The notes: a model not told the origin generated them from the letters alone. 64,000 nt of DNA from Stegostoma tigrinum (GCF_030684315.1 NC_081355.1:31327141-31391140), one strand, 5' to 3'. Shown: positions 1 through 13,640, counted from the first letter of the stretch. A program made the numbers and translations.

Positions 1-246
1 GAAAGTATTACAAAGAATTAAGCAGCATAGGTTAAGATTCAGATGTGAAATAAATAAACAAGATAAATACAAGATGGAAAGGGTCTTAAAAAACAAAATG
101 GAGCCCAAAAGAATTTTGCAAAATAGTCTTATGGGTTACTTTCCAAAAGTAGGATAAAACTCCAGCTGAATAGTACTGTTCTTCAATTTAAACAATTTCT
201 AACTCAATGTTATCTCACAGCTGTACAACACCAGAACTTTTCCTAC

Positions 247-326
247 CGTGGAAAATTCAATGCAACACCAAAGAATACTGGAAGTTTTTCTTTAAAAAGT
301 CTGAGACCAAAACCATAAACAAGAAC
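247..326 (-). other. Candidate internal exon (80 nt) of the minus-strand host gene, possibly 5'UTR
   Basis: Minus strand reads tcataac-tgttttgctttag|GTTCTTG...TTCCACG|gtagga: branch-like site, pyrimidine tract, AG acceptor and GT donor in non-repetitive DNA. One frame is open (VLVYGFGLRLFKEKLPVFFGVALNFP) but not recognised. Confidence 0.3.
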
Positions 327-825
327 CTAAAGCAAAACAGTTATGACTGCAGATTCAATGAATGCACTAAAAATTCAAATGCCTTGTAAACATGCCTACA
401 GTCCAAAGTGGATTTTGTCATCTCATGGGCAACGAGCACGTCATTCACTTTTGCACCAAATGAAAATTCAGCCTGGCCCAGACTTACTTCAACTGTATTC
501 AACTGCAATAGTAATAAATATTTTAACCTCAAGTTCAATTCTGGAGTCAGAATAATCACTGATTAACATCTAAGTCACTATAACTTCCAGCAGAGCATAT
601 ATGCATAATATTAATATTAAAAAAGTAACAAGACTAAACTTGCTACTGGAAGCATTTAAGGGAAGCAAGGGGTCAGAACCAAGGACAGAGGAACAGAGCA
701 AAGGAGAGGATCTGATTTCGCTCTTTGATAAAATGCTTCTTCCTTGGTACAACTACCAGACACCAGATGGCTCTAAAGATGTACATTTATTCACTGAATC
801 CTTTCACAGGCAGCAGGAATTGCTG

Positions 826-1310
826 CCTTGGCCAACGTTTATTGCCCATCTCCAATTATGCTGGAGGTGATGATACTGAGCAGCCTTCTTACATTATCAC
901 AGTCCATACGATGTTAACACTCCCATAGTGCTTTTGGGAAAGTGTTTCCAGTTACAATGAAGGGATGATATAGCTGCAAGTCAGCATGATGTGGGACTTG
1001 GGGCAGAATCTTGCCAAGTTTTCCCTTCATAGAAGTTATAGGGAGTAGGTTTGAAAGGTAGCTCAAAGAAGCATTGATGAGTTTTAGTGGTGCATCTTGT
1101 TAACAATACAAACCACTGTCACTGTGCATCAGTACCACTGTGGAAACATTGAAGGTGTGGGTGGGTCACTAATCAAGGGGGCTGCTTCGCACGGAATGGT
1201 GCCAGGTTTCTTGGTTGCTGTTACAACTGCATTCAAACAAGTGAAGTGTTCCGTCACACTGTCAGCATTTGGAGTAGTCAAAAGTGTTTTTCTTTACAGA
1301 TTTGAGCAGA
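826..1310 (-). mobile_element. Old CR1/L2-group LINE, 3' fragment
   Basis: Begins with the reverse complement of the family 3' end (ggccaacgtttattgcccatc) and resembles 25050-25550. Confidence 0.6.
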
Positions 1311-1559
1311 CCACTCCTTGGTCTCAACATTTCTTCAAATAAAAATAAGGACAAATACACCTCTTGACCACAGTATTATCAAGCGAGATCAGTGGCAGAG
1401 ACATTACCAATGCACAAGAGCCCTTACATCCCATGGATAACAACTTTCATTGCAACGATTTATTAACAAACTCAACTTGTACACAGCATTCAATACTAAC
1501 CAAATATATAAATGAATAATGGGTTGAAAACCTCAGTAACATGCACACATCTGTACTAC

Positions 1560-1750
1560 GCATCGTAATCATTCACCTCTCCATTGCTTCAGCCATCCCC
1601 ATTTATGTAACCGCCTCCAATTGTCCAAGAACTCAGCAATTGTCTACCTCTGACCTCTTACTCAAGTTGATTAGCGGCAATGCTTTCAGCTGCCTCAGCT
1701 TTAAGTCATAGACTTCCCAGCATAAATCTGCCTCTGTAGAATACTCCTTT
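1560..1750 (+). mobile_element. L2-like LINE 3' remnant
   Basis: ctctgacctc...gcaatgctttcagctgcctcagc resembles L2 3' regions and 11440-11500. Confidence 0.35.
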
Positions 1751-1784
1751 CAGGTAGAGAAGCTATTTTCTTATTTGGGAAATA

Positions 1785-1915
1785 AGCATTGGTCAGGACA
1801 CTAAGAATTTACTTACTGTTCCTCAAGATAGACTCATGGTACATTTTACATTAACCCAAGTGGGTTAATGGGGCTTCAGTTTAACATCTCATCCAAAACA
1901 TCACACTTCAAATGT
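1785..1915 (-). mobile_element. Deu-domain SINE fragment (SacSINE1-like)
   Basis: ggggcttcagtttaacatctcatccaaaacatcacac matches the reverse-strand Deu core (ggtttaacgtctcatccgaaagacggcacc). Confidence 0.55.
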
Positions 1916-3334
1916 TGTAAAAGGATATACAGGGCTAATATTGAAAAGGTTAACACTGAATAGTGCCTGAAGCATCATCCACTGAGTTACATGGACTAGG
2001 GGCAGAACAGTTTAGGATCTCAAAAGATAAGCCCTATGATCTCAGCCCTCCTCAAGAGTCTAATATGATAAACACTGTTGCAACGTAACTATTATGCAAT
2101 AAACCACATCTTGTTTAAGACAAGAGACTCTGCTCACGAGACTCCTTCAAGCACACCAGACAAGGAGAAAGGACTGACAGCAAATTTACCATATAGCTCA
2201 TACATCACGAAAACAGCAGAGAGAATTCATCCTAAAACACAAATGGTGCACCAAAATGTGGGAAACTGCTTGCAAAGTTTCATTTACGTCATGTTTCTTA
2301 ATTCCTGGCAAATCTGCCCATGAATCCCAACAGCCACTTTCAAGTATACCCACTCTGCATGTGCATCATTCTCTCTTGTGCATGCTCTATGTACACCAAA
2401 TATATGTAAAGTGGGCTCCCAAAGTCATACATACAATGTTCTCTGGCTGTCTACTACATTTGCACATAAGTGAATTAACAGCACTCAGTCTTCGCACCTC
2501 TATATGCACACCACTTCCGTTATACACAATTTAGCATGAAGAACCATAGAATTTCTCAATTCTGAGCAGTGGAATTCAGCTGAATCATGAATCCTACAGG
2601 GCGATCAATTCAGAAACATGGAACACTATCTGTATTTACTGCAGTCATCCAATAAAACAGACATTGCAAGTTTTATAATTGCACTCAAGTCAATCCAAGA
2701 CAGCCACCCGAATCAAAATTTATTGGCAAATGAACTGTTGGGAGGTCTAAAGTGTAGATTTAGGACACCTTTCAAATCTGTTGAAAATTGCCCTAAAATT
2801 GTTTCTGCATACCCAATTCTCCTTCACAACGTACAGCAAATAAACATGTTTGATTAAATGATTTGGTTCAGAGACTTGCCTCACTTGTTACAACAGTCAT
2901 CATGCATTTCAGAAGTTCACAGTATTTGTAAATAGGGAAAGAATTCCCCAAAATAGATGGTGTTTTACACTAATTTTATTTTCCAATGAATGCTTCCCAA
3001 AGTGTGTACGAAATCTTAAGGTGCTTTAATTTTACTACCCTTTTGAAAACTAAACACCAAGAATACACAATGCTAGACACTTCAACACTTCAGCAGTCAG
3101 AATCTACTGACTATATACTTCTATACATTCTGGAGTGTAGGAGAAACACCACAACCTTGCAATTATACAGCCCCTTTATTCAAACATTTGTACCAGAAGA
3201 CACCAATGTCCAGAAAAACAAGCAGTAGTAAATCCTTTAAGTATGTATCAGCAGGGTGATCAGAAGCCTAAATGTTTGTTTCCTTCAAAATGTACAAAAA
3301 ATGAATACTCAATCAATTACACCTAGACTCAAAT

Positions 3335-3530
3335 GGGTGTCCTAAATTTAACCACGGCAACATCCCTACTGTCAGAGGCCATTCATCAACCAACAAGCAC
3401 CTTCTCATGCAGTATAAATCATTCCTTTCAATATTCTTGGCAATTCTGCTTGATGAACGAAAAACAGATGCCTCGGTAGTGGTTTTTCTTAGCAGTATTC
3501 AACTTGCATGCTACCAAGTGACTGTTGGTA
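3335..3530 (+). mobile_element. Decayed 3' end of a Penelope-like element (family D)
   Basis: caaccaacaagcaccttctcatgcagtataaat...cttgatgaacgaaaaacag...cagtattcaacttgcatgctaccaag resembles a pLTR tail with an eroded (C)TGATGA...GAAA core. Confidence 0.4.
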
Positions 3531-3951
3531 TCCTGAATTAAGAACTCAAAATGAGCAATTTATTAAAAAGGTAAAAGCTAGCAAATCTTTATGAAGGGAA
3601 TGAGGATACAACTACTGCTCACATTTGAGTTGAGCATCTTAGCCACAACCAACCAAATAGCTCTGCCTGACAGTGGTCAAAAATAAGGATACAGTCAGTA
3701 GTGAGGGTTGATGTTTGATAGAGGCCCAAGATGACAGCCCTAACCCTCCCACCATTTAGTTTAAGCAGAGCCAGGAGGTTGAACAAGCTCATAATACAGA
3801 GACCAAAAAAGGTCTTTAAAAGAGGTGGCAACAGAGAGCTGGCTGCTATTAGCCCACGTATGAAAGCAAGCTTCTTGCCTGTAGATAACGTATACACAGT
3901 AAACAACAGGAATTCCACAGCATAGGAACAGAAGCTACAGCAGGTTACTCT

Positions 3952-4075
3952 AGATGCTGGAAATTAAGTAAAAGCAGAAAGTGCTTCAAAAAAGACCTGC
4001 AATGTTAACTCTGCTTACCACTTTGCAGATGCTATCTGATTCAAGTCCTCACAGCATTTGGAATTTTTACTTAAG
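3952..4075. mobile_element. Old mini fold-back Penelope-like derivative
   Basis: agatgctggaaat...aatgttaactctg...cagatgct...cagcatttg: same motifs as the hairpin elements at 26630 and 37821. Confidence 0.4.
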
Positions 4076-4499
4076 CTATTACTGGAAATATTCTGGTTAT
4101 AATCAGGTAGTTAAGATTAAAACTAAACCAGCAGTTTCAAATTGGACGATGAAGAGGATACATTGTGGCTGCCACACAGTTCCAACCAATCTGATTACGC
4201 CATCTCCTCAGCTGACAGCTGTAATCCATGTTGAATACCAGTTGAAAGAAGCAATAGGAATAGCAAGGACACCCAAGTGTGTTGTGGTAGCTCCAATACC
4301 CAAGAATGCCTCAGTAGCGTCACTAAGAAACCTGAATATCCTATCTGTTGGACTAGACCTACAGCAGGACGCTACAGAATCAAAATACTTGATCTGGCAA
4401 ATGAGGTGCTTTTCAGCCATCAGGGCAGCATCCTGTCTCTTGTAGTCTATTGCAGATTTATCAGAATGAGTGTCCTTGAAGCCAGCTTCAAAAACAAAG

Positions 4500-4680
4500 T
4501 GAATACTTTTGTGCATGAAAGCATGCAGGTGCAAGCAAAAAAAAAGGCAGCAAATGGAATTTTGGCCTTCAGTGCTTAGGGGTTGGAGCTTCAAAATAAG
4601 GGAAGTTATGTTATGACTACACAGGGTGGTATTGGGGCCATACTTGCATACTCTGTACAATTTACTCCAACAGAATAATT
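4500..4680 (+). mobile_element. CR1 LINE ORF2 fragment
   Basis: aaggcagcaaatggaattttggccttc...ggtattggggccatacttgcatactctgtacaattt corresponds to the KKANGILAF...LVRPHLEYCVQF region. Confidence 0.6.
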
Positions 4681-4789
4681 TATTGACACATCTATTTATG
4701 AAAATAGAGTAAAATGTATACAAGTTACCACAATTAATCCAGCATGCTTTTAATTACATACAAATCAGTAATGTATATAAAATTAAGGG

Positions 4790-4870
4790 ATTACAAGCTG
4801 GATGAAGACAGCAGGCCAAGCAGCAGAGGAGCAGGAAAGCCGACATTTTGGTCCTAGACCCTCTTCATTA
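4790..4870 (-). mobile_element. Penelope-like pLTR fragment (family A)
   Basis: gctggatgaagacagcaggccaagcagcagaggagcaggaaagccgacattttggtcctagaccc is homologous to 39509-39580 and 52560-52630. Confidence 0.8.
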
Positions 4871-5229
4871 AGGCATTAATTTAGACAGATTTCATTTTGT
4901 TCCAACCACTGCTCGATTCCATTAGTGGCTAAAGAACACTGCCTTATTCTACAGGTACTGAAGATGTCCCCAAAGCCACAACGAGGAAACACACAGAAGC
5001 AGCCCCCACTGCCACCGACAAGATCCAGAATGCCATCTCTGCCAAAAGCTTTAAATCACCACATCTAAGGCAGGCTATAATGGCACCGGAGGTCATCCAA
5101 AAAAATTCACTTGGCTGATTCCTGGTATAAAAAGGGTTGTCTTATCAAGAGCAGCTGAACAGGTTAGGTCTTTATTCATTCAAGTTCAGAAGAATGACAG
5201 GTGATCGAGTTAACTGTCATTAACTTGAG

Positions 5230-7400
5230 GACATCTTAGTTGTCAAATACTAATCATAGTTGTTGGAACAGCTAATGCAATGTTGCATTCTCTCATTAAC
5301 AGTAGCCTTTTCAGAAAGATAGGTGCCATGGTATGTGAAGTGTTCAACATATCCCATAGTCTATACACATCAGAAATAGAATATCTGGCTAAAGAAATGT
5401 GGCCTGAGACTTTTTTGAAGCGAAATTCAACCAGGCAAAATCTCTTGTATTCAATATTGAAGATTTTGAGGATGACTTGTAAATTTGGTACAGAGCAGGC
5501 AATGGCACTGCAGATCATGCAATGTCTACAGTGATAAACTCAGCCTGAAAATGCTAACTAAAGCCAAAGTGTTTTGAATCTAGGCAATAATCAATACTGA
5601 CTTCAGAAAACAGTTAATCAGAGGTGATGAATAGCACGCATACAGTAATAGCGGCTATCACAGAGCCTTGCTTAACACCAGCCTGATTTTGAAAAAGGTT
5701 TCAGATCTCCCATTCAAGACAGTTGCAGTCATATCATGAAGCAGTTGCTAGATTGTGACGCGTCATCGACACCCAAATCTTTAAAACATACAGGGATTCA
5801 CAACTGTCACAAGTGCTTGCGTCAGGTCAACAAATGCAATGAAGAGTTCCTGCTATTGTTCAACATTTTTCTTGGGGTCTACACGGAAATAAATGTCACA
5901 ACAGAGCCATTGTTTCCATTAGGTTTGCTCAGGCACAGGAAGTAAATGATTCAGGACAAATGTCCATTTTCTCTATCGTTGGCACAACATGCTTTATCCT
6001 CCTTCAAGGATACCTAAAACTACTCCACTCCAAAGTTGGTAGGATTACAAAATCCATACGAACACTGAAATCATGATCTGAACATAAGATAACCAATCAT
6101 CAACTTTTACGGTGAAACATCAGTGCTGCAGGTTTTGTTCTTTGTCTGCTTCTTGTAGCTTTCTCATTGATGTTAGTTTACCCAAGGATTCAACCACAGG
6201 GTACTTGGCAATAGCCAGGTTACAGGCAACAGCTGCCAATGTGCATTCACAGTTCACTCCAACATTGCCTTCCATAAGGGTGACATTGGCCAATATCCTG
6301 TGTGCAAAGGAGATTTTGGCTATTTGACTTATGTCTCAAGGAGACCCTGTAAGTCTTCATAAAAGCTTTGCATATCAACAAATGCACACACAGTCAGCAT
6401 TACTGAATTTCTGACTGTTTTCTCCCACCATGTCCTTAATATTCCAGATGTGTGTTTAGGTGTCAGATTTGAGCTTTAAGAAAACTACATTAGCAAAATT
6501 GTGACCTTGGGCTATTCTGCCAGGGAGGGTACTTTTTTTTCCCCCTAGTCTAGAAGGTCAAACATTTTCAAATGTTTCGCTCAATAGTCATGATGATTTT
6601 GCTTGAACCAAGTGGTCTTGGCATAAACATCTAGTACAGCTGAGTTTATATCATCCCACTCACCTTGATTTAAGTCAGATACACGAAAAGTTCCCAGATT
6701 GGTTGTGAGCTGTACTTGAAATTCCTCATTTCAGTCAGGCTGCGATCTTCTTCCTCTTGGATGTTTGGGTCTGGGGTGGATGCACTTCATTGATCCAACA
6801 CCACTGATTTATCGAGAAGGCATCAGCCATATACACATCAAGTGACACAGACATCACTTGCATCTTTAACAAACAAATATTCCAGGAGGGAGTCAGTGCT
6901 TTGATCCAGAATACCTTCACGTGGTTTTGCATTTGTCATCCAGCTGGAAGATGTTGTGATAAAATCATGCCAAGTGCACACTGACAGCAGGAGGATTAAT
7001 TTACATAGCTTCATTCACCCTGATTTCTCCCCAGTGGTTCCTTTCCAACCTGATGTTAATACTCCTAGAAGAATGATCTTTTCTTCATTTGGTACAGCAG
7101 TGGAGATTTCTCCAAGGTCAGAACAGAACTTCTCCTTAACAGCTGCATCAGTATCAAGGATTAGGGCTTATGACAGTGATGCATACTGACTGCGCCTGAG
7201 CTGTAGCTACCTTTCATTTATACAAGTGTGAAGTTGCAAGTGTACCCAAGACCCCACCCTCAAGGGCAAAACGGGTCACTGTCAATAAATGATTTCCAAG
7301 TACAATACCCCAGCCAGGAGAAAGGCAGGACAATCTACTATTGAGACACTTTTCATACTCCCTTCCTCATTTGGAGTGAGCAAAGCGTATCCTGAAAATG
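5230..7400 (-). mobile_element. Ancient RTE-clade LINE (APE endonuclease and RT remnants)
   Basis: Minus-strand remnants: VKEKFCSDLGEISTAVPNEEKIILLG (~7140-7065); a KTT-W-x-S-KH-like motif (~6930-6890); QEKC..ELFIAFVDLTQA (~5875-5815); GVKQGSVIA (~5682-5652). These are RTE endonuclease and RT motifs, with many stops and frameshifts. Confidence 0.75.
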
Positions 7401-7949
7401 ACAATGCAGAGAGAGATGTTCCTGTCCAATCTTGCGCTATAACTTCACCAGGTTGGCACCTCATTTTAGGTTCATCTAGTGCTGCTCCTGGCATGTTCTC
7501 TAACACTGGATGAACTCGGGTCAATCTCTTGACTTGATAATGGTAGAGAGAAATGGGGTTGGTCACATATTATGTTGACCAGTTCTTCTGCTGCTGGTAG
7601 CCCAGAGTACAGCACGGATAACCATTTTGAGCATTGTCCTAAGACAGGTGCCCAAATACTACATATGCATCCATTGCCTGTAAGCAGATCAATGAAACAT
7701 TCCCAGGTTCACAATAATTTCCAACTCACCAATGTCAGTTTGATAAATGGACTTTGTAGATATCTGCGTGGGGATCTTGGGACATCACTACATAATGATC
7801 TTAACAGACTGGTGGTCAAGTGTTGATGCACGAGACCACAATGATTGCTACCACCTTGCTACTGAAGTTGTCTTCCACCTTTGTAGCTAAGGTGCACACA
7901 GGTCTGCCTTCAACCATACCGGCAGAGGAAATTTTTTTTGACTCGTGCT

Positions 7950-9290
7950 CCGGAGTTAACTGCACCCCTAGTCATGCTGTACCAGTACAGCTACAGCACT
8001 GGAAGCTTCCTGACAATGGTGCAGTAAATCCTGTCAACAGAAACAAAGCAATCTAAACTGGCCAGTTACCACCCCAGTCTACAGTTCAGTGAAGTTAAAA
8101 AAAGATGCCAATAATGCTATGAGGTGGCACTTAAACAACAATAGCCTGCTCACCATGAGTCAGGCTGAGTTTTAACCAAGGTCGCCTGGCTGAGCTCGTC
8201 AAAACATAGACCCGAACGTTAACAAAGCTAAACCCCCTCCAGAGTAAGAGGTACAAGTGGCTGATTTTGACAACATCGCAGTACTTGACCTAGGATGTTG
8301 ACAAGGTGCTCTGGTAAAACTGCAGTCAACAGGAATCAAGGATGAAGCTCTCCCTAGTTTCAAATTATTGAGCTCGAAGGAAGGTGGCTTTGGTTGCTGG
8401 AGCCAAACACCTCAATTCAGGGCATTGTTGCAGAATTTTGGGTCCTACCATCTTCAGCCACTTCATTAGGCTTCTTCCCTCAATCACAAGGTGAAAAATT
8501 GGAAAATTCACAAAAGATTGCAGAGTATACAGCACCAATTGTGACTGCTTCAGCAGCTAAGGAGTCCACATTCAGGCCTGAGCAGCTAAGTGGCAAATAA
8601 CATTCACACCACAGAAATGCAGGTAATGCCCATCTCCAACAAACAGAATCTTACAATACTCGCCACAATATTCACTGGCATTACCACTACTGAATAGCCC
8701 ACTGCCCAAGGGCTATAACTGAGCAGAGCTTTAACTGGATGAGCCATACAAATAACATGGCTACAAGAGCAGGTTTGAGGCTTGGAACTCTGTACCAATA
8801 ACAGCTCTTGTTTTGTCAGTGCCTGGCCACTATCAAAGCACAAGTCAGCGGTTTGATGGAATAGTGTCCATTTGCAAATACTGAAAGCTGACTGTAGTTC
8901 AAGATAAAAATAGCCAGCAAAGTGGAAATAATCTTTCACATTCTCCAACTTACAGTAGTCAGTGTGCATAATATACAGGTTACTCAATAGCACTTCACCG
9001 AAGTTCCTTGAACAGTACATTTAACATCTGTGATAGCTAGCTCAAGGAACGACACAAAAACAGCAGGTACAGGGGAATGCCATCATCTGCAAGCCCCCTA
9101 GAGGGCATTCACCATCTTGACACAGAACCACATCACTAACCAGTTATTGCTGTGGTGTCAAAGTGTGGGAAATCTCTCCCAAACACTAAATAGATTGCAG
9201 CAGTTCAAGACAGCTTACCATTAGCTCAAGGGAAATTAGGGAGGGAAACAGATGCTGGCCTTACCAGCACTGCTCACACATGAAAGATTC
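7950..9290 (+). mobile_element. Old CR1/L2-group LINE, RT region to 3' end
   Basis: Degenerate NY(R)P.SL and LVKL.S.GI.G motifs; ends gggaaattagggagggaaacagatgctggccttaccagcactgctcaca, the same tail as 25060-25120 (rc). Confidence 0.65.
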
Positions 9291-9574
9291 AAAAGTTTTA
9301 ATTCTGTGGAAATAATGGAAACCTATTTGAGAGAGATTCCAAGATCAATTCGCAGGAAAGATAAGCTCTGGTGCACGGCCCTAGGCATAAAGCAAACATT
9401 TTAGCTAAGAACTATTTCAGAGCACACCCCACTGTGAAAAAACTATAAAAGAGGAACTTATGGATCAATTTCCTCCCTTTCACCAACCACAGCTAGTAAA
9501 TATTTCGGGCAGCAAACACTGCATTTCAATACTTCAGCACAGTCTAATCTGTGTTACAACAATGCATTCTATAC

Positions 9575-9640
9575 CTTTCACTAATGGCTGCAGTAACACT
9601 GCATTTACTCAAGAGGACCTGTACAGTCTATTGCACTTTC
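9575..9640 (-). other. Candidate non-coding exon (66 nt)
   Basis: ttaggttgctttctttatag|GAAAGTG...GTGAAAG|gtatag; stops in all three frames, so UTR if real. Confidence 0.2.
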
Positions 9641-11329
9641 CTATAAAGAAAGCAACCTAAAATCCAAATCTAAGTGAGCAGCTTAGGTTATTACTCTGCT
9701 ATTCAATTAGCAGATTGGATTATTTCAACAATAAATGGTAAGTATTAATTTTTTAAACAGAAAAAACTTCAGTATAACAGAACCAAGAAACAGATACAAC
9801 AAATCCAAACTGACCTTTTTATGCCACTGAATAATTCAGATTTGGACTGAAAAAGTTTGAACAAAGTCATGACAGGAAGTAGACAAGAGCAGATTAGTCG
9901 ATGGGACATTTTTCAACTTTCAGATAGCCTGTGATAAGGTGCCACAAAGACACTCATGACAGACTCCAGCAACAGTGAAAATCGTTCCAGTTCAAAAATA
10001 AAGAGTGACAAGTTTAGCAAAGTTTCACAAACTGTTAGAAATGGTAAGTGCATTCCCAAAATGATACATGCCCCATCATTCACTGCATACTCAAACAGCC
10101 TAGATTTAGTGCTAACATTTGCAAATAATACTAATTATAAAAAGAGGATTGCTCAAAAATATACAAAGGCGTACAAGTCAGCTAAGACAATTTAGGGCCA
10201 TTCATATTCATAGGAAAAACAAGGCAGACACAATTTACTAGAAACTAAAACTGAAACAGTCAAATCTAAATCACTAATGACAGCAATACACAAGGAATGG
10301 TTGAAGCTGACAGCAATAATGACATTTAGGGAGAATGAAATAAAGGGATATGGAAGCAGTGCAGAAAAAATTTGAGTTGGGGAGTCCAGTGTAGGGTATT
10401 AACACTGCTCCTTTGGTGTAGATTTTGTACAAAAATCAAGAACATGCACAAGTAAATCTACCATTCTGCCAAGACTTGTGCCACTGTTGTCAGAAGCCAA
10501 ATTATCAAAGTTCATAACGTAGAAGTACTAACTGTACAGGCACATAAATCCTTTCAAACTTCTGAGTGCAAAAGTTACACATAAAAGGCATTTGAAAAAG
10601 ATACTAATTTAGCAAACTGGCATGCTGATACATAATCATCTAACACCATAGGTAAAATGGTGATCTTCACATACTGAACCAACATGAACATACAACTCCT
10701 TCTGTCACAAACCTGCCAGATGGGCAAAGCTCTTATTCACCCCACACACAAGGCAGGCCCTTCAGAAACTGGTCCTTAGAGATTGAAAACTTTACATCTG
10801 CTGGATGCTGTTGCAATAATCAGGGGAACAAATCAGATTTTCATTAAAAATTGGCCAGTCACAAGAACAACCTTCACAAGGTCACAATTTGGTTTCAACG
10901 CAGAAACTTGCAACACAGTTTAATGGAAGTGAAGGACCAGAGAGTTTTAACATCAAAAATGCAGCCTCTTTTAAAAGGGTAATATTGGTCTTAAAGGACA
11001 CTGTGGTCACCTGGAATGCAACCTCCTTCAAAATATTAACCTAAGTACACAAATCAAAGGAACAGACCTATCAAGCCAGTTTAAAAAGTACCATTCAATA
11101 CCATCATGCACAACGGTAAAAGCTAAAACCTCAACTCTGTTTCACTTCTTATTCTCAGGAACTTGAAGATCAGACCCATTAAACAGAAGCAGAACTTGCA
11201 CACAGGTGCCCTTCCTTAGATTCCCCAACAGCATCTATGTATCATTGCAAATGAATGGTTGCATCTATTGTCCAATTATTTCAGTGGCAAACAACAGTTT
11301 TAAATTCAATATCCACAAAGTATCCAAAT

Positions 11330-11675
11330 TCACTTCCTGGTCCCATTCATTCCAGTGGATGCAATCTCATCCAGCCTGATAAATTTTGAAAGTTTGCAGA
11401 CTACTCCAAACCTGACCTTTTAAGCATATACAATTTTCATCACCCCACCAATGCTGAATGTGCCTCTAAGTGCTTAGGACCAACTATTCTCCATATAAAG
11501 CTCTTCTGTATCACTCTCCACTCCAAAGTCACTCCATGAAAACCTCATTAATTGCCAACCATTCTGTCACTTGTCCCAGTGTCTGCAGCATTCAATGCCA
11601 AATTCTGTTTGGTTAGTACTGTCAAACAGATGTTATACTCAATTAACATCTCCATAAATGGAAGTTCTGTTGTTG
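11330..11675 (+). mobile_element. L2 LINE 3' end
   Basis: Ends ...ctccataaatggaagttctgttgttg, typical of an L2 3' terminus. Confidence 0.5.
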
Positions 11676-13019
11676 CTAAACAATGTCTCATTTTAAAGCA
11701 TATTTCTAAAGTTTCCTTCTACATAGGTAATGGAGGATTAACTCAATACATGCTGTTCGATGAAGATGAATTATATATCAACTTCACAAAGTGTTTTCCT
11801 GGACTGAGAATGCCATGGCTGAAAGATATGTATCCTTCTAGTAAAAGATTTGGGTCAAACTGATATACTTGAGTGCTCAACAAACACACTGCTCTGCCAA
11901 TTTGAAATTACAACAGTTGGATCCAAGCATTGTCATACATATTGATTATTTCAATGGACTTCTCAAACCACAGAGGATGGAGAGAAAAATTCTGTAGGAA
12001 GCACCGAATTCCTGACACCTAAAATACATAGACAAAGAAGAAAGCAGAAGTACAAGTACTGAGCGTCAGAGTAGAGTTAGGAAACATTGCTAAAACTCAA
12101 GGAGGTAGTAATGGAGTCTTCACCTCACCAAGAAACGTTATTCAGCAAAATAAGCCAACTAGAATAAAAATCATGCCCACTCAACACCAATAAGGCACAG
12201 CATGGAATTTTTTTAAGTTACCTCAGGTAACATTAATCTATAACCAAAGAATGTTACAGGAATAAATACTTCATAAAGTTAACCCTTATCAGAGCATTAA
12301 GACTTGCAAATCACGAGAGCAAGTTATTTCAAAATCCCTCCCCCAACCCAAGAATCTATGTTCATCTATGAAGTTCACAATTAAATTCATACACACAAGT
12401 TAATATGTCAAACTAACGCACACACCAAAAATTGGTACATAATAATGTTACACAGGAATTCAATGCATATTTGCTTTTCCACTGACAGATGCAGGAACTC
12501 CTATAAAAGGTCTGGCTTAAAATCTAACATTGAAATCTTCCCGATTTGGACGTAGCACAAGTGTAGAGAGAATCAATATCCTGTGCTATGGAGCAAATCC
12601 TAGAATATCAAAACTTTTTCAGTTGCATTCTGATAAGAACTCAGTAAATTGTCAAAGTAATTGGTCTCTTCTGGGAAGCATATGCAAATATAGCAATAAG
12701 CAACTGTTTCCATGCACAGACTGAGTTCAGTATTGCACTGAAAGCCAAAGGCACCGTTAAAAGTGACCCTAATCTGTCATGCTGTTCAAAGTTTTGCATG
12801 TTAATAGTCTTCTTGGAAAATAAACCAAAATAAACATCAACTGATGTGGATTTCTGTTGTGTGCCAATTACTTGCACAACAGTACAGACAAAATAGATAT
12901 CAGGCATGTGCGCATCTCATTAATCACTTGCAAAGAACACATGTGGTCAGCAAATATTGCAAGTGGAATTCCTAAGCACACTGAAAGTGGACACACTGAA
13001 AATGGCAGAGCCATTTTAC

Positions 13020-13640
13020 ATAGAAACATACATACAGGAGGAGTAGGTTATTCGAGCCTGCTCTGCCATTCAATATGAGCATCCAACTCTATCACCTGTT
13101 CTTGCTTTCTCCCCATTTCCTTTGATTCCTTTAGTCCTAAGAATGATATCTACATCTTCCTTGAAAGTCTTCAATGTTTTGGCCTCAAATTTCCTATTGC
13201 AGAGAATTCCACAAGCTCACCACTCTGGACAAGGAAGTATTGTCTCATCTCAGTCCCAAAAGGCTTCCCCCATATCCTCAGTGTGACACCATTTCTCATC
13301 TCCCAATCATTTAGCACATCCATTCTGTGACCAACCTGTCCAACCTGTTTGAAACTTGTACAAGTTTCAATGAAATCACCCTCACTCTAAAGCCCAGTGA
13401 ATATACTTTTAACTGATCCAGTCTCTCCCCATGTCATTCCTGCCTTCTCAGGAATCAGTCTGGTAAAGCTTCATTGCATTTCCTCAACAACCAGAACATC
13501 CATTCTCAGTTAATAAGATGAAAACCACACAGAGTGCTCCAGGAGTGGTCTTATCAATGCCTTGTACAGTGGCAGCAAGACATCCCTGCACCTATAATGA
13601 AATCCTCTTGCTATGAAGGCAACATACCGTGGCCTTCATG
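13020..13640 (-). mobile_element. CR1 LINE 3' end
   Basis: tagaaacata...caggaggagtagg tail followed by gagaattccacaagctcaccactc; CR1 RT C-terminus on the minus strand. Confidence 0.75.

Noticed and set aside
488-502. Possible 15-nt microexon on the minus strand (ttgcag|TTGAATACAGTTGAA|gtaagt)
   Set aside because: Good donor, but the pyrimidine tract is weak and the site lies in a short tandem duplication (ttcaactg); no supporting context.
3981-4723. Overlapping 154-aa and 171-aa ORFs
   Set aside because: They cross PLE, possible Rex1-like (VVAPIPKN) and CR1 fragments; no coherent protein.
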